A stretch of 64,000 nt of DNA, from contig JAZSOG010000027.1 of assembly GCA_045536845.1 (NCBI GenBank), positions 30,721-94,720 on the forward strand. The letters run 5' to 3'. The number at the start of each line of letters is the position of its first letter. The stretch's first letter is position 1. The stretch comes from Kiritimatiellia bacterium (GTDB lineage Bacteria; Verrucomicrobiota; Kiritimatiellia; RFP12; UBA1067). Of the stretch, positions 1-9,700 are shown piece after piece. A program made the position numbers and the translations under genes. The notes beneath the pieces were generated by a model that saw only the letters and a program-made list of their open reading frames with translations, made no database searches and was not told the origin of the DNA.

Positions 1-1
1 C

Positions 2-736
2 CGCATCGGCATCGCGTGGTTTGCGGCGGCATTGCTCTACCTCGGCTTCAGGACGAAGGCGCGCATCGGCATCGCCGTGGCGATACTTGCTGGGACGGTT
101 CTCTTTACGCGCTTCATGCTGGCGCCCGATGCGCCTGCCGGTGCGAGCCCGTTCTCTCCCGAGGGCAACTTCGGCTGCTGGCTCGACCGCACGCTTACGG
201 GCGGACACACCTACAAAAAGCTCTTCGACCCCGAGGGTTTTGCCGGCATCCTTCCTGCCATAGTCACGGCCATGCTCGGCATGTTCACCGGCGAGCTCGT
301 GCGCCGCGCTGATGTTTCGCCGCGCCGCAAGTGCCTTGAGCTTGCGGGGCTTGGCATCGGGCTTCTCGTGCTCGGGCTTGCGATCTCGCCTGTTTCGCCT
401 ATCAACAAGGCACTTTGGTCGCCGAGCTTTGTGCTTGTCGTAGGCGCGTATTCCGCGCTTCTTTTCCTCGCGTTCTACGCGGTGATTGACGTCTGGGGAT
501 ACACGAAGTGGTCGTTCCCCCTCAAGGTAATCGGCATGAACTCGATAGCGATCTACATGGCCCAGTCGGTGATTGGCGCAGGTCATGCGAACGACTTCCT
601 CTTCAGCTGGGCCTGGCGTCACCTTCCTGAGAGCTGCGCTAACCTCAGGGTCGTCATGATGAACCTTGGCTACGTCACGGTCTGCTGGCTCTTCCTCTAC
701 TTCCTCTACCGGAAGAACACGTTCCTCAAGGTGTGA
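2..736 (+). CDS. Polytopic membrane acyltransferase-like protein (DUF1624/DUF5009, heparan-alpha-glucosaminide N-acetyltransferase-like), C-terminal part; 5' end outside window
   Basis: The frame of ORF 32..736 stays open to the window edge (the listed start is a TTG). Several hydrophobic helices. INKALWSPSFVLVVGAY...GMNSIAIYMAQ resembles the C-terminal half of this family (motif memory only). Confidence 0.6.
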   Translation, partial: RIGIAWFAAALLYLGFRTKARIGIAVAILAGTVLFTRFMLAPDAPAGASPFSPEGNFGCWLDRTLTGGHTYKKLFDPEGFAGILPAIVTAMLGMFTGELVRRADVSPRRKCLELAGLGIGLLVLGLAISPVSPINKALWSPSFVLVVGAYSALLFLAFYAVIDVWGYTKWSFPLKVIGMNSIAIYMAQSVIGAGHANDFLFSWAWRHLPESCANLRVVMMNLGYVTVCWLFLYFLYRKNTFLKV

Positions 737-764
737 CGCGGCGAATCTGCCGCGGCGTCACACC
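730..764. terminator. Hairpin between convergent genes (acyltransferase-like versus response regulator), covering both stop codons
   Basis: GGTGTGACGC (730-739) pairs with GCGTCACACC (755-764), a 10-bp stem. No clear U-tract on either strand. Confidence 0.4.
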
Positions 765-1390
765 TTGACCATGCTGCGGTTGACTGCAAGTGCCGCTGCT
801 TCGGAACGCGAGGCGACGCCGAGCTTTGCGAAGATGGTCTTGAGGTGCGCCTTGATGCAGTCGCGTCCGACGTGCATCACTTCGGCGATTTCGCGGTTGT
901 TCAGTCCCTTAGCGACATAGGAGAGAATCTCGAACTGCCGTTCGGAGAGGTCGACGGAATCTGCGTCTGCCTCAAGCGTGTTGCTGATCTCCGAGCAGAT
1001 GATCGACTCCCCTGCGGCCGTCTTGCGGATCGCCGCGATTAGGTCGCGCTGAGACGTCGCCTTGACGAGCGCGCTGCTCGCGCCGGCGTCGAGAGCTCTT
1101 TTCACGTCGATGGAACCGCCGAAAGTCGTGAGGATGATTACCTTCGTGGCGGGATTCGCCGCCATGATCTCGGCCGTCGCCTTGGCACCGTCGAGCTTTG
1201 GCATCATGAGGTCCATGACGACGACGTCCGGCTTCTTCTCGGCGGCGAGTCGTACGGCGTCGAGTCCGTTCTCCGCCTCGGCGACGACTGTCATGTCCTT
1301 CTCGAGCGAGATGATTGCGGAGATCCCCATTCGCACGACGAGATGGTCGTCTGCGAGGAGTACCTTGATCTTCTTGTCCTGTTTTTTCAT
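758..1390 (-). CDS. NarL/FixJ (LuxR-type HTH) response regulator
   Basis: Receiver domain (KVLLADDH...VVVMDLMMPKLDG...) plus C-terminal LuxR HTH (LSERQFEILSYVAKGLNNREIAEVMHVGRDCIKAHLKTIFAKLGV). The start overlaps the kinase stop by 4 nt (ATGA). Confidence 0.9.
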   Translation of the reverse strand: MKKQDKKIKVLLADDHLVVRMGISAIISLEKDMTVVAEAENGLDAVRLAAEKKPDVVVMDLMMPKLDGAKATAEIMAANPATKVIILTTFGGSIDVKRALDAGASSALVKATSQRDLIAAIRKTAAGESIICSEISNTLEADADSVDLSERQFEILSYVAKGLNNREIAEVMHVGRDCIKAHLKTIFAKLGVASRSEAAALAVNRSMVKV

Positions 1391-3159
1391 TTTGTCTCCG
1401 AAGTCGATGTGTGCAAGACGACTGTGAACTTGGCGCCGCAGCCTGGCTCGCTGTCGCAGCGTATCGTGCCATTGAAGGCGTTGAGGCGCTCGCGGACACC
1501 CTGAAGCCCGAAGTGCCCCTGGGCGGGACCTGGCGCAGCCGAAGTGTTGAACCCGCAGCCGTCGTCAAGCACCGAAAAGGAAATGGTGTCGTCGTGGAAC
1601 TCTCCTGCGACCTTGATGTTTTTCGCATGGCCGTGCTTGACGGCGTTGGTGCCAAGCTCGCGCACGATCCGCAGGACGGCATGCGCGGTTCCTTCCGAAA
1701 GCTTTTCGCGCGGCACGTTGAAGCGGACGGCAAGTTTCGCAGACCCAATGTGCGGCGTAAGCGTCCGCTGCACCGCCTCTGTCATGTCCTTTTCCTCGAA
1801 GGTACGGCTCCGAAGGTCCCAAAGACAGCCGTTTAGTTCCTGTCGGCAGGAAGCGAGCATGTTGCGCGCCGTTGAAAGGAAGGTCTTCGCGCCGTCGCCG
1901 TCAGCTCCCGAGGCGGCGTCGATCTGGAGCGCGACTCCAGTCAGCGTCTGGGATATTGAATCGTGCAGCTCTACCGCGAGGCGTGTCCGCTCCTCGACTT
2001 TGAGCTCTGCGCGCGCGCTGTGGATCTGTTCCCGCGCAAGTTCGCGCCCGCGCCGCGTCGAGACGACCTTCAGCGCGGCGGACCATATTGCGAAGCCGAT
2101 GGCGATTGCAATTGCAAGCGCAAGCATGAGGGCGAGGCGCGCGATTGTCCAGAAGGGCGCGTGGTGGATTATCTGCAGGTCGTCTGCGGTGCGGGGGATG
2201 ATCGAGAAGCCAAGGAAGCGAGGGAAGAGCGTGTTGCGGCTCGTGTCAAAGTCGGCGAGGCAGAGCCCGGCCGCCGAAATTACCGCCCCGGGTTTCGGAA
2301 TGTTGATCGCGTCTGGCGCAAACCCCGATATGTCTACGAATATCGATTCGCCGTCGCAGTTGAGGCGGAATCCCTCTGGCCCGCGAGTCTCTCGTCTGTC
2401 AGATTCGACGCGCCCGACGAGGCGTATTGTCTTGCCGCATATCGATGTGTCGACGTAACGATGGGAGCTGCTGCTCGCGCGACCATGGGCGTCGGACTTG
2501 AAGAGGTTGCGCGCCGCGATGTCGGTCGCAGGTTCCGGTGGCGTCGTCTTTGCCGGCTCGGAACGCCATAACGCCTCGATCATCAGAGGGATGAACTGGT
2601 TTTCCTCGGCGAAGCCACTGACGGTCACAAGCCCGCCGAGGGGCGGCATGTCGTCGGAGACAACTGGCCGGACGCGAATAAGCCCGTCCGCATGGCGAAT
2701 GAAAAAACTGTCGCCTGTAATGGCGATAACCGTGCCAGTCGCCGTCTGGCGATGTGGGTACGATGCATCCGTCAGGGGTTGAGCGGAGAAGGGGTCTTCG
2801 GGCGCGGGCGTTATGACTTTTATGCTGTCGCCCTCCGCAACGCTGTCGAAGAGCATCTGGTAGCCGAGGAACTTGCGCCATAGGGAGAAGCGCTGCACGG
2901 TGCCGGTGAGCTCGACTTCCGCGTCAAGAAGCGGTCTAAGTTCGTTCAGTGTGTGTATCTTGTTGTCGGTCGATGCACAGACCGAGCCGTCGGGCGTCTT
3001 GAGTAGAATCCAGTTGAAGCCGTCGTCGAGGTCGTCGCGCACGGCCGCTGCGACGACGCCGCGGATTGACACCCTTTGCCCGACATAGTCGCCCGACGCG
3101 ACATCTTTCGCGTTGACGAGCGTTGCGGCCAAAAGGGCCATTGGTATGCCGAATGTCAT
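1387..3159 (-). CDS. Sensor histidine kinase, HisKA_3/NarX-DegS class, with ~340-aa N-terminal extracytoplasmic region
   Basis: TM helix (WTIARLALMLALAIAIAIGFAIW), then H-box RLAVELHDSISQTL and an HATPase_c region (RELGTNAVKHGHA...DDGCGF...GHFGLQGVRERL). Translationally coupled to the response regulator. Confidence 0.85.
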   Translation of the reverse strand: MTFGIPMALLAATLVNAKDVASGDYVGQRVSIRGVVAAAVRDDLDDGFNWILLKTPDGSVCASTDNKIHTLNELRPLLDAEVELTGTVQRFSLWRKFLGYQMLFDSVAEGDSIKVITPAPEDPFSAQPLTDASYPHRQTATGTVIAITGDSFFIRHADGLIRVRPVVSDDMPPLGGLVTVSGFAEENQFIPLMIEALWRSEPAKTTPPEPATDIAARNLFKSDAHGRASSSSHRYVDTSICGKTIRLVGRVESDRRETRGPEGFRLNCDGESIFVDISGFAPDAINIPKPGAVISAAGLCLADFDTSRNTLFPRFLGFSIIPRTADDLQIIHHAPFWTIARLALMLALAIAIAIGFAIWSAALKVVSTRRGRELAREQIHSARAELKVEERTRLAVELHDSISQTLTGVALQIDAASGADGDGAKTFLSTARNMLASCRQELNGCLWDLRSRTFEEKDMTEAVQRTLTPHIGSAKLAVRFNVPREKLSEGTAHAVLRIVRELGTNAVKHGHAKNIKVAGEFHDDTISFSVLDDGCGFNTSAAPGPAQGHFGLQGVRERLNAFNGTIRCDSEPGCGAKFTVVLHTSTSETK

Positions 3160-3165
3160 GCAAAT

Positions 3166-3194
3166 ATTATGCAGAATCCGCCGGAATTTGTCAA
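3166..3194 (-). promoter_or_regulatory. HK/RR operon promoter: TTGACA-17 nt-CATAAT, with the -10 6 nt from the ATG (leaderless-type)
   Basis: Minus strand reads TTGACAaattccggcggattctgCATAATatttgcATG (3194 down to 3157). Confidence 0.6.
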
Positions 3195-3203
3195 TACTGC
3201 GAA

Positions 3204-3245
3204 TACCCAGTCGGGTAATGGACTATCATTCATTTATGTTATAAA
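3204..3245 (+). promoter_or_regulatory. Palindrome TACCCAGTCGGGTA (3204-3217) + -35-like ATGGAC + -10 TATAAA; promoter of the 3281 operon, shared with the divergent HK/RR promoter region
   Basis: The palindrome is read directly from the sequence. The hexamers lie 16 nt apart, and the site is 36 nt upstream of the ATG at 3281. Confidence 0.55.
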
Positions 3246-3280
3246 ATTGCATCATCAAAAATTCACCAAGGATTGTACTC

Positions 3281-4408
3281 ATGAACGCCAAGAACTTTTT
3301 GATGGTTTCCACGGCCCTGCTGGGCGCTTCATTGCTCGCGGCAGACGACGCAAAATCGCGCGTGGATGCTTTCCTCTCGAAGGAGTTCGCCGAAGGTGCG
3401 TTAAAGGCCATGAGCTGCGCGTATGAGCAGCACGGTGAGACGCGCTACCAGTTCGTGGCGCAGAAGGGCTGGGAGGGGTTTGATGCAGATACGCCGCTCC
3501 ATGTCGCATCGATCACCAAGGTCTTCACGGCCACGCTTTTGATGCAGCTCTCCGAGGAAGGCAAGATATCCCTCAACGACTACGTGAAGAAATACATCCC
3601 CGAGTTCAAGGGCGAGTACGTGCCGATCATCAACCTGATGACACACACATCGGGTTGGCGCAACAAGACCGGCCATGTCGCGAAGTGCGTTGACGCGAGA
3701 CGCCATCAGGAGTTCTACGACACGATGTACCAGGACTTCGAGGTGAACGAGAAGTTCCGCTACATGTCGCAGGGCTACGACATCCTCGCTGAGATCTGCG
3801 AGAAGGTGACGGGTGTTGCGGATGTCGCTGACCTCGCGCGCGACCGCATCTTCCGCCCGCTTGGCATGGACCATTCCGCTTTCGCCGCACACCAGGGACA
3901 GTCGGGGCTTCACATCACGGCTCCAGACCTTGTGAAGTTCGGCCGCCATCTTCTCGACATCCGCCGCACGCGCAAGAACGGCATCCTCACCCCACAGGGC
4001 GTAGATACGCTCTTCCGCCGCTGCCTCAAGCAGGAGTTCAACCGCACGCCCGCTTTCTTCGCCAAGTCAGGCTACATAGGCTTCGGCCAGTATTTCGCCG
4101 ACGTCAATACCATGGATGCCGTCGGTCACGCAGGCGCGACAGGATGCTTCCTCCTCATAGACCCAGGGCTTGACGCGGTCGAGGTTGTCCTCACGAACCG
4201 CCTGAGCGAAAACGACACGCACTTCAGCTCCTGCGACGCAAACTTCTCGCGCATCTTCTCGATCATGGCGACCCACTTCGGCGACGAGCCGATCGGCAAC
4301 CGCGACGAGATGAAGGCCGGCTCCTTCGGGCTTCAGATCGACCGCGTGAAGGCTGCGGCCGAGTCTGAGCGCGTCGCCTCCAAGCAGGCCCGAGAGCTGG
4401 GGCTTTGA
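3281..4408 (+). CDS. Secreted serine hydrolase, beta-lactamase/transpeptidase-like family
   Basis: N-terminal signal peptide. SxxK active-site motif in HVASITKVFTATLLMQL. Length and layout are typical of class C beta-lactamase-related esterases. Confidence 0.8.
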   Translation: MNAKNFLMVSTALLGASLLAADDAKSRVDAFLSKEFAEGALKAMSCAYEQHGETRYQFVAQKGWEGFDADTPLHVASITKVFTATLLMQLSEEGKISLNDYVKKYIPEFKGEYVPIINLMTHTSGWRNKTGHVAKCVDARRHQEFYDTMYQDFEVNEKFRYMSQGYDILAEICEKVTGVADVADLARDRIFRPLGMDHSAFAAHQGQSGLHITAPDLVKFGRHLLDIRRTRKNGILTPQGVDTLFRRCLKQEFNRTPAFFAKSGYIGFGQYFADVNTMDAVGHAGATGCFLLIDPGLDAVEVVLTNRLSENDTHFSSCDANFSRIFSIMATHFGDEPIGNRDEMKAGSFGLQIDRVKAAAESERVASKQARELGL

Positions 4409-4460
4409 TGTGTTCGGGGAAGACCACTTGCACAGTAACAACAATAGAAGGAGAGCTTCC

Positions 4461-5966
4461 ATGAAATCATATGTCCTTTCGACCGTAACTGCGCTGTTAG
4501 TCGGCTCCGCTTGTGCCTCAGACACGACGGTGTCGACGTATTCGGCGCTCGCATCGGCTCTCGGTTCTGCAAGCGACGGCGATACCATCACGCTTAAGGG
4601 CGGCACTTACACTGCAAACGAGACTATCAATGTCTCCGCGGAAAATGTGACACTCGTTTCCGCAGGCGGAAAGGCCGACACGATAATCGACGGCGAATCA
4701 CAGTGGCGCATCCTCAATGTAAGCGGGAAGGGCTTCAAGGTCGAGGGGATCACGTTTAAGAATGCGTATTATGCGGGCAATGGCGGTGCCATCAGCTTCA
4801 GCTCCTCGAGCGTTTCGCAGACCGCGATGGTCAAGGACTGCGACTTCATCGACTGCGTCGCGAAGTACGGCGGCGCGATCTATGCCGGGCAGAACAGCTA
4901 TTCGTCATTCGAGCCGCGCGAAAACTACGGCATCATCAGCGGCTGCACCTTCCTCCGCTGCGGCATCGACTCGGGTACGTCCGACAACCAGGGCGGCGGC
5001 GGCGCGATATGCGGCGCGCTGTGGGTGGAGGACAGCGTCTTCGACGCCTGCTACTGCAAGACCCCGAATGTGCAGGAGTACCACCTGGCGATCGACGTCC
5101 CGAGCTACATGACCGTCACGAACTGCATCTTCCGCAACCACACAAACATCACGCGCGGGCTGGTCGGGTCCAAGGAACAACGGGAGCAGCTGGGCTGCGC
5201 GCGGCTTATCGACTGCCTCATCGCCAATAACACTTCGGTCGGAGCTGACGACGTCCTTTTCCACCGCAAGGTAATCCTCGACCGCTGCGTCATTTCGAAC
5301 AACTCGGCTACTGCCACTTCTACGCTCTCGTCGCTGTACAGGCTTGACTCAACAGGCGACCGGGAATTCAGCAAGGTCACGAGCTGCCTTTTCATCGACA
5401 ACAAGTACCCGTTCAACATGGCCAACCTGCCGCCGCTTTTGAACTGCACGTTTGTCCGCAATGTCGGAGGACTTGCATGTGACACTCTGCAGACTGGGCA
5501 GACGCTTAAGCTGTTTGTCACCAACTGCGTGTTCTGGGCTAACGTCGCGAAGACCGATTGGCCGCATAACGCCACATACAAGGGCGTGCCCGGTTTCTAC
5601 TGGCATCCAACCACTCAGCTTCAGGATTTTATCAAGATCGGCACCACGGTCATCGAAGGCGGCGCCGCCAACAGCGATGTCGCGTTGGTTCTCGCGACCG
5701 ACGCGTCCGGCGCGTCCACGCGCCTCACGGCGCTCGCGGCGCAGAAGGGCCCTGGATTCAAGGATGCGGCAAAAGGCGATTGGACGCTCAGGCGCTCGTC
5801 TGTCCTTGTCGATGTCGGCGTCAAGGCAGACTGGATGGATTCGGCTTGCGACATTGCAGGCAACAAGCGCTGCCTCAAGAAAGGCCTTGTAAAAGACGGC
5901 GCCATGCCAGATATTGGATGCTTCGAGTTTTGCTCCATTGCGGGGTTCAAGGTCAGTCTTCGCTGA
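4461..5966 (+). CDS. Secreted right-handed beta-helix (pectin-lyase-fold) repeat protein
   Basis: Start moved to the ATG at 4461 (SD GAAGGAGAG at 4447-4455, signal peptide MKSYVLSTVTALLVGSACA). Repeated GGAI-type turns (NGGAISF, YGGAIYA, GGGGAICGA) and a C-terminal PDIGCFEF motif, as in many beta-helix proteins. Confidence 0.6.
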   Translation: MKSYVLSTVTALLVGSACASDTTVSTYSALASALGSASDGDTITLKGGTYTANETINVSAENVTLVSAGGKADTIIDGESQWRILNVSGKGFKVEGITFKNAYYAGNGGAISFSSSSVSQTAMVKDCDFIDCVAKYGGAIYAGQNSYSSFEPRENYGIISGCTFLRCGIDSGTSDNQGGGGAICGALWVEDSVFDACYCKTPNVQEYHLAIDVPSYMTVTNCIFRNHTNITRGLVGSKEQREQLGCARLIDCLIANNTSVGADDVLFHRKVILDRCVISNNSATATSTLSSLYRLDSTGDREFSKVTSCLFIDNKYPFNMANLPPLLNCTFVRNVGGLACDTLQTGQTLKLFVTNCVFWANVAKTDWPHNATYKGVPGFYWHPTTQLQDFIKIGTTVIEGGAANSDVALVLATDASGASTRLTALAAQKGPGFKDAAKGDWTLRRSSVLVDVGVKADWMDSACDIAGNKRCLKKGLVKDGAMPDIGCFEFCSIAGFKVSLR

Positions 5967-5987
5967 TTTCGTCAAAGGAGCTTTGCC

Positions 5988-6646
5988 ATGAAAATGCCTT
6001 TCTCCATTGCCTTTGCTGCCATCGTGGCTTTCTTCGCCTCATCCGCGCCTGCCGCGACAGACGTCACCTGGACTGGCACGCCGCTTACCGCGAGCAGCAC
6101 GTCGATCCGCACCGACGGCACGCTCAAGTACGCCTACGCGCGTGGAGATTATACAGCCAACGGCGTTGCGTTTGTCGGCGTAGGAAACAAAATAATCAAT
6201 AATGCGGACTGCATCGCATGGGAAGCATCTTCTGGTGCAAGAGAAGGCCAGTCAAATCCGCCGGAAGACACTGAAGATGGCGGCTATAAGAATTTGCTAT
6301 TGTATGGCTGGTGGGCTAACACGAACCCGAACCCCAAGCCACGGAAGATTCAGCTGAACAATCTTGAGGATGGAAAGAGATATCTTGTCCAGATAATCCC
6401 TACCGCAATATAACGGAAACATTAAGCGCAGCTGTAACCGCACCGGACGGCGGAACAACTGTAAAATTTGTAGGCGATGGCTGGACGTATGGCAGTTCCT
6501 TGTCCGCCGAGTTCACGGCTGAGACTGCAACTGAGGAGTTCACACTTTCATATAGCAACCACTGTGCCATCAACGCCATCCAGGTGCGGGAGCTGCCGGC
6601 GGATGGGCCAGTGTCTTCGCGTGGGTTCTATTTTATCTGCAAGTAA
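5988..6646 (+). pseudogene. Single-module lectin-like secreted protein, interrupted by a frameshift near 6396-6400
   Basis: ORF 5988..6413 (signal peptide, IRTDGTLKYAYA, YLVQII) ends at a TAA. The rest of the same module (GDGWTYGSSLSAEF...INAIQVRELP...GFYFICK*) continues in the -1 frame to 6646. The join lies in the run atccc. Confidence 0.6.
6069..6595 (+). repeat. Lectin-like module copy P (in the frameshifted gene)
   Basis: W..SIRTDGTLKYAYA..NGVAF..RYLVQII / frameshift / GDGWTYGSS..INAIQVREL. Confidence 0.7.
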
Positions 6647-6706
6647 GCGGCCGTTGCTGACAAAGATTTCTCCTCGCATCGGCGCAAAATGTCGGTGAGT
6701 TGCTTT

Positions 6707-6749
6707 TACCCAGTAGGGTAGTTGTCGCACAAGGGAAAGAATTTATAAA
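6707..6749 (+). promoter_or_regulatory. Palindrome TACCCAGTAGGGTA + TTGTCG (-35) + TATAAA (-10), upstream of gene A
   Basis: Read directly. 16-nt spacer. Followed by the conserved SD context GAAAGGTGTATCC before the ATG at 6781. Confidence 0.55.
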
Positions 6750-6780
6750 ATAGAGGCACACTCAGAAAGGTGTATCCGTA

Positions 6781-9700
6781 ATGAAAACAAAAATCCTAAA
6801 ATCGTTTGCAGCTTCTATCATCGCGGCCATGTCGCTTTGCGCATTCGGCATTGAAATCGGCAGCCAGGTCCCTGGCTCTGACCATTCTTCGGCTCCCTGC
6901 ACGCCGAAGGAGCGCACGGACGACTACCACAGGAACCACTTCAGCGCCGACATCAGCGGCAGCCAGGGCAAGGAGTTCGACATCGTCCTGTTCGGCGACT
7001 CGATCACCGACTTCTGGAACAGCAACCCGAACCTGAGCCTCGACAACAATCCCACCGACACGAAGACGTTCAACATGGGCATCGGCAGCGACCGCGTCCA
7101 GAACCTCCTGTGGCGTCTTCGGAACGGTGCGCTTGACGGCTATACCACGAAGTACTTCACGTTGATGGTCGGCATCAACAACGGCCACCAGAAGTGCATC
7201 GACCACAACGAGCATGCCGATCGCGCAGAGGATGTCGCCGAGTCGATCCGTCTCATGCTGTGCGAGATGGCGACGAAGCATCCGGACGCGAAGATCCTCC
7301 TGATGCCTATTCTCCCCTACAGCTTCGACAGCAAGTACTTCGAAGCGGCCGAAGTGACGGCCATGAGCGAAGCGGTCAACGACTACATCCTCCAGTTCGT
7401 CGACAACAAGCGCGTGTTCTGGGTGGACCTCCGCAGCCAGTACCTCCAGCAGAATTCGATGCCCAACAAGGTCTGCTACCGCGAGGGCGGCCACGGCGGC
7501 TACGACGCCGTGGGACTCTGCCTCCATCCGGAATTCTTCACCTATTCGGATTTCTGGAAGCCTGCGCTGACCAACGCGATGCACAAGTATCTCTCGGTTC
7601 CCGTCGGCCAGGCGCACGTGGCGGATCCCTCGCTCGGCTACGCCAAGGCCGCTCCGAACGCGGACGGCGCGGGCTCCGCGACGATCACGGTCTTCGGCAT
7701 CAACCTCGGAACGGACGCGAACGCGAACGCCGTGACGTCCTACGCGATTGACTACGAGCTCGACGGCGGCGCGAAGACGCGTGCGATTTCCAACCAGACG
7801 GGCGTTAGCAAGTCGTTCGTGATCCCGAATGTCGCCCTCGGCGACCATACCTGCAAGGTGACCGTCACGACGGCGGACAACAAGGAGCTCGTCACGCTTC
7901 TCGACTTCACGATGACCGAGCCGTGGTACGCAAGCCCGCTGCCGACCGACGACAGCGCCATCCGCACGGACGGCACGCTCAAGTATGCGTATGCGCCCTC
8001 GGCCTGCACGGTCAATGGCGTTACGTTCGCGGCTGCCGGCAACAACAACGCCGCCATCTCGGGCGACATCTCCTGGCCGTACAGCCAGACCTCCGGCGCG
8101 TCGGCGCCGAGCAGCATCTCCGGCGCCTACTATGAACTCCTGAACCGCTGCTGGTGGGCGAACCAGGGCGACAAGGAGGTGACGCTCAAGAACCTCACGC
8201 CCGGACACAACTACCTCGTCCAGATATTCGGCTACCGCAACTACAACAGCGACAGCAAGGCGCATGTCTGGATCAAGGAGTCGTACTGGGATCCGAATTT
8301 CATCAAGGTCTATGGCGACGGCTGGTCCTGCGGCGGTGTTCTTACAGGCGCCCTCACGGCAACGGCGGAAACCAAGACATTCACCATCAAGTCCGACGGC
8401 AATTACGGAATCAACGCCATCCAGGTGCGCGACCTCGGCGAGAGCGGCGTGCCGATCGTCGTCCAGCCGAAGGTCGGCTCGGTCACCGCCACGACGAACG
8501 AAACGGCGGCGACGATTTTTCTCTCGGGCATCGTGCTGGGGACGGACGATGCCGGTGAGAGCGCAAATTCCTATTCCGTCTCCTACTCGCTCAACAACGC
8601 GGCGTCCGTGGCTGCGCTTTCGGGCCAGACCGGTGCGTCCGCGCAGTTCACGATCTCCGGTCTCGCGGACGGCGAATACACCTGCGCGGTGACGATCACG
8701 ACAGACAAGAACAAGACCTCCGCGGCGAAGTCCGTCTCCTTCCGGATCGGCACACCGCCGCCCGAGGTGGTCGCGGCATCGATCGGCTCTGTGTCCGCGG
8801 TGACAAGCGGCAGCACTGCGACGATTTCGCTTTCAAGCGTCGTCATGGGAACGGACGACGCGGGCGTTGCGGCGTCCTCGTATTCCGTCGCCTATTCGCT
8901 GAACAGCGGATCAGCCGTGACGGCGCTCTCGAACCAGACCGGCGCCTCGGCTTCGTTCCAGATTGCGGATCTTGCCGACGGCAGCTACACGTGCGCCGTC
9001 ACGATCACGACCGACAAAGGCAAGGTCGCGTCGAAGTCGGTCAGCTTCACGATCAACACTTCCCTGCCGCCGGTACCGGTCGGGAGCTGGACCTCCGGCC
9101 CGATGTCCGCGGACGGCAGCACGATCCGCACGGATGGAGACCTTCTCTATGCCTATGCGGCGCAGAACGGAACGGTGGGCGGCGTTTCTTTTGTGCGTGA
9201 CGCCCCCCTTGGCTCGGGGGGGATGGTTTCCGCCTCGCCCGTGCCAGCCATGGGTGGAGGATCCTGGGGTACTGAAGGAGTGTCGGGTGACTTCGGAACC
9301 ATGCTCCAAAATGGCTGGAACTGGACGGGCGACGGCAACGAGCTCTCGTACACGCTCACGCTCAATGGGCTAACTGCAGGCAAGACTTATCTCGTTCAGC
9401 TCATTGCGCACAGGCAGTCGAACAGCATGCTTGTCTCGGCAAACGGTTCGCCTACGGCGCATGTCCACGGTAGCGACGAGTCAAACTGCAAATACGGCGC
9501 ATCCATCGTCGGCGTTTTCGTGGCCTCGGGCGCCTCGGCGACCGTCACCGTCACCTATACGAACCAGACGGGAGACCGTCCCCTTAACGCCATCCAGGTG
9601 CGCGAGCTCGGCGAAGGTGGCGGCGGCGGTGGCGAAGATCCTATCGATCCTGTCGACCCGACGACGCCTGTCTGCATGCTGACGATTCCAGAGAAGACGG

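Noticed and set aside
9607-9633. Gly-codon (GGC/GGT) tracts as phase-variable simple-sequence repeats
   Set aside because: The tracts are short and mix GGC, GGT and GGA codons. The length difference seen between paralogues is a whole codon, so the frame is kept. They are better explained as flexible linkers.
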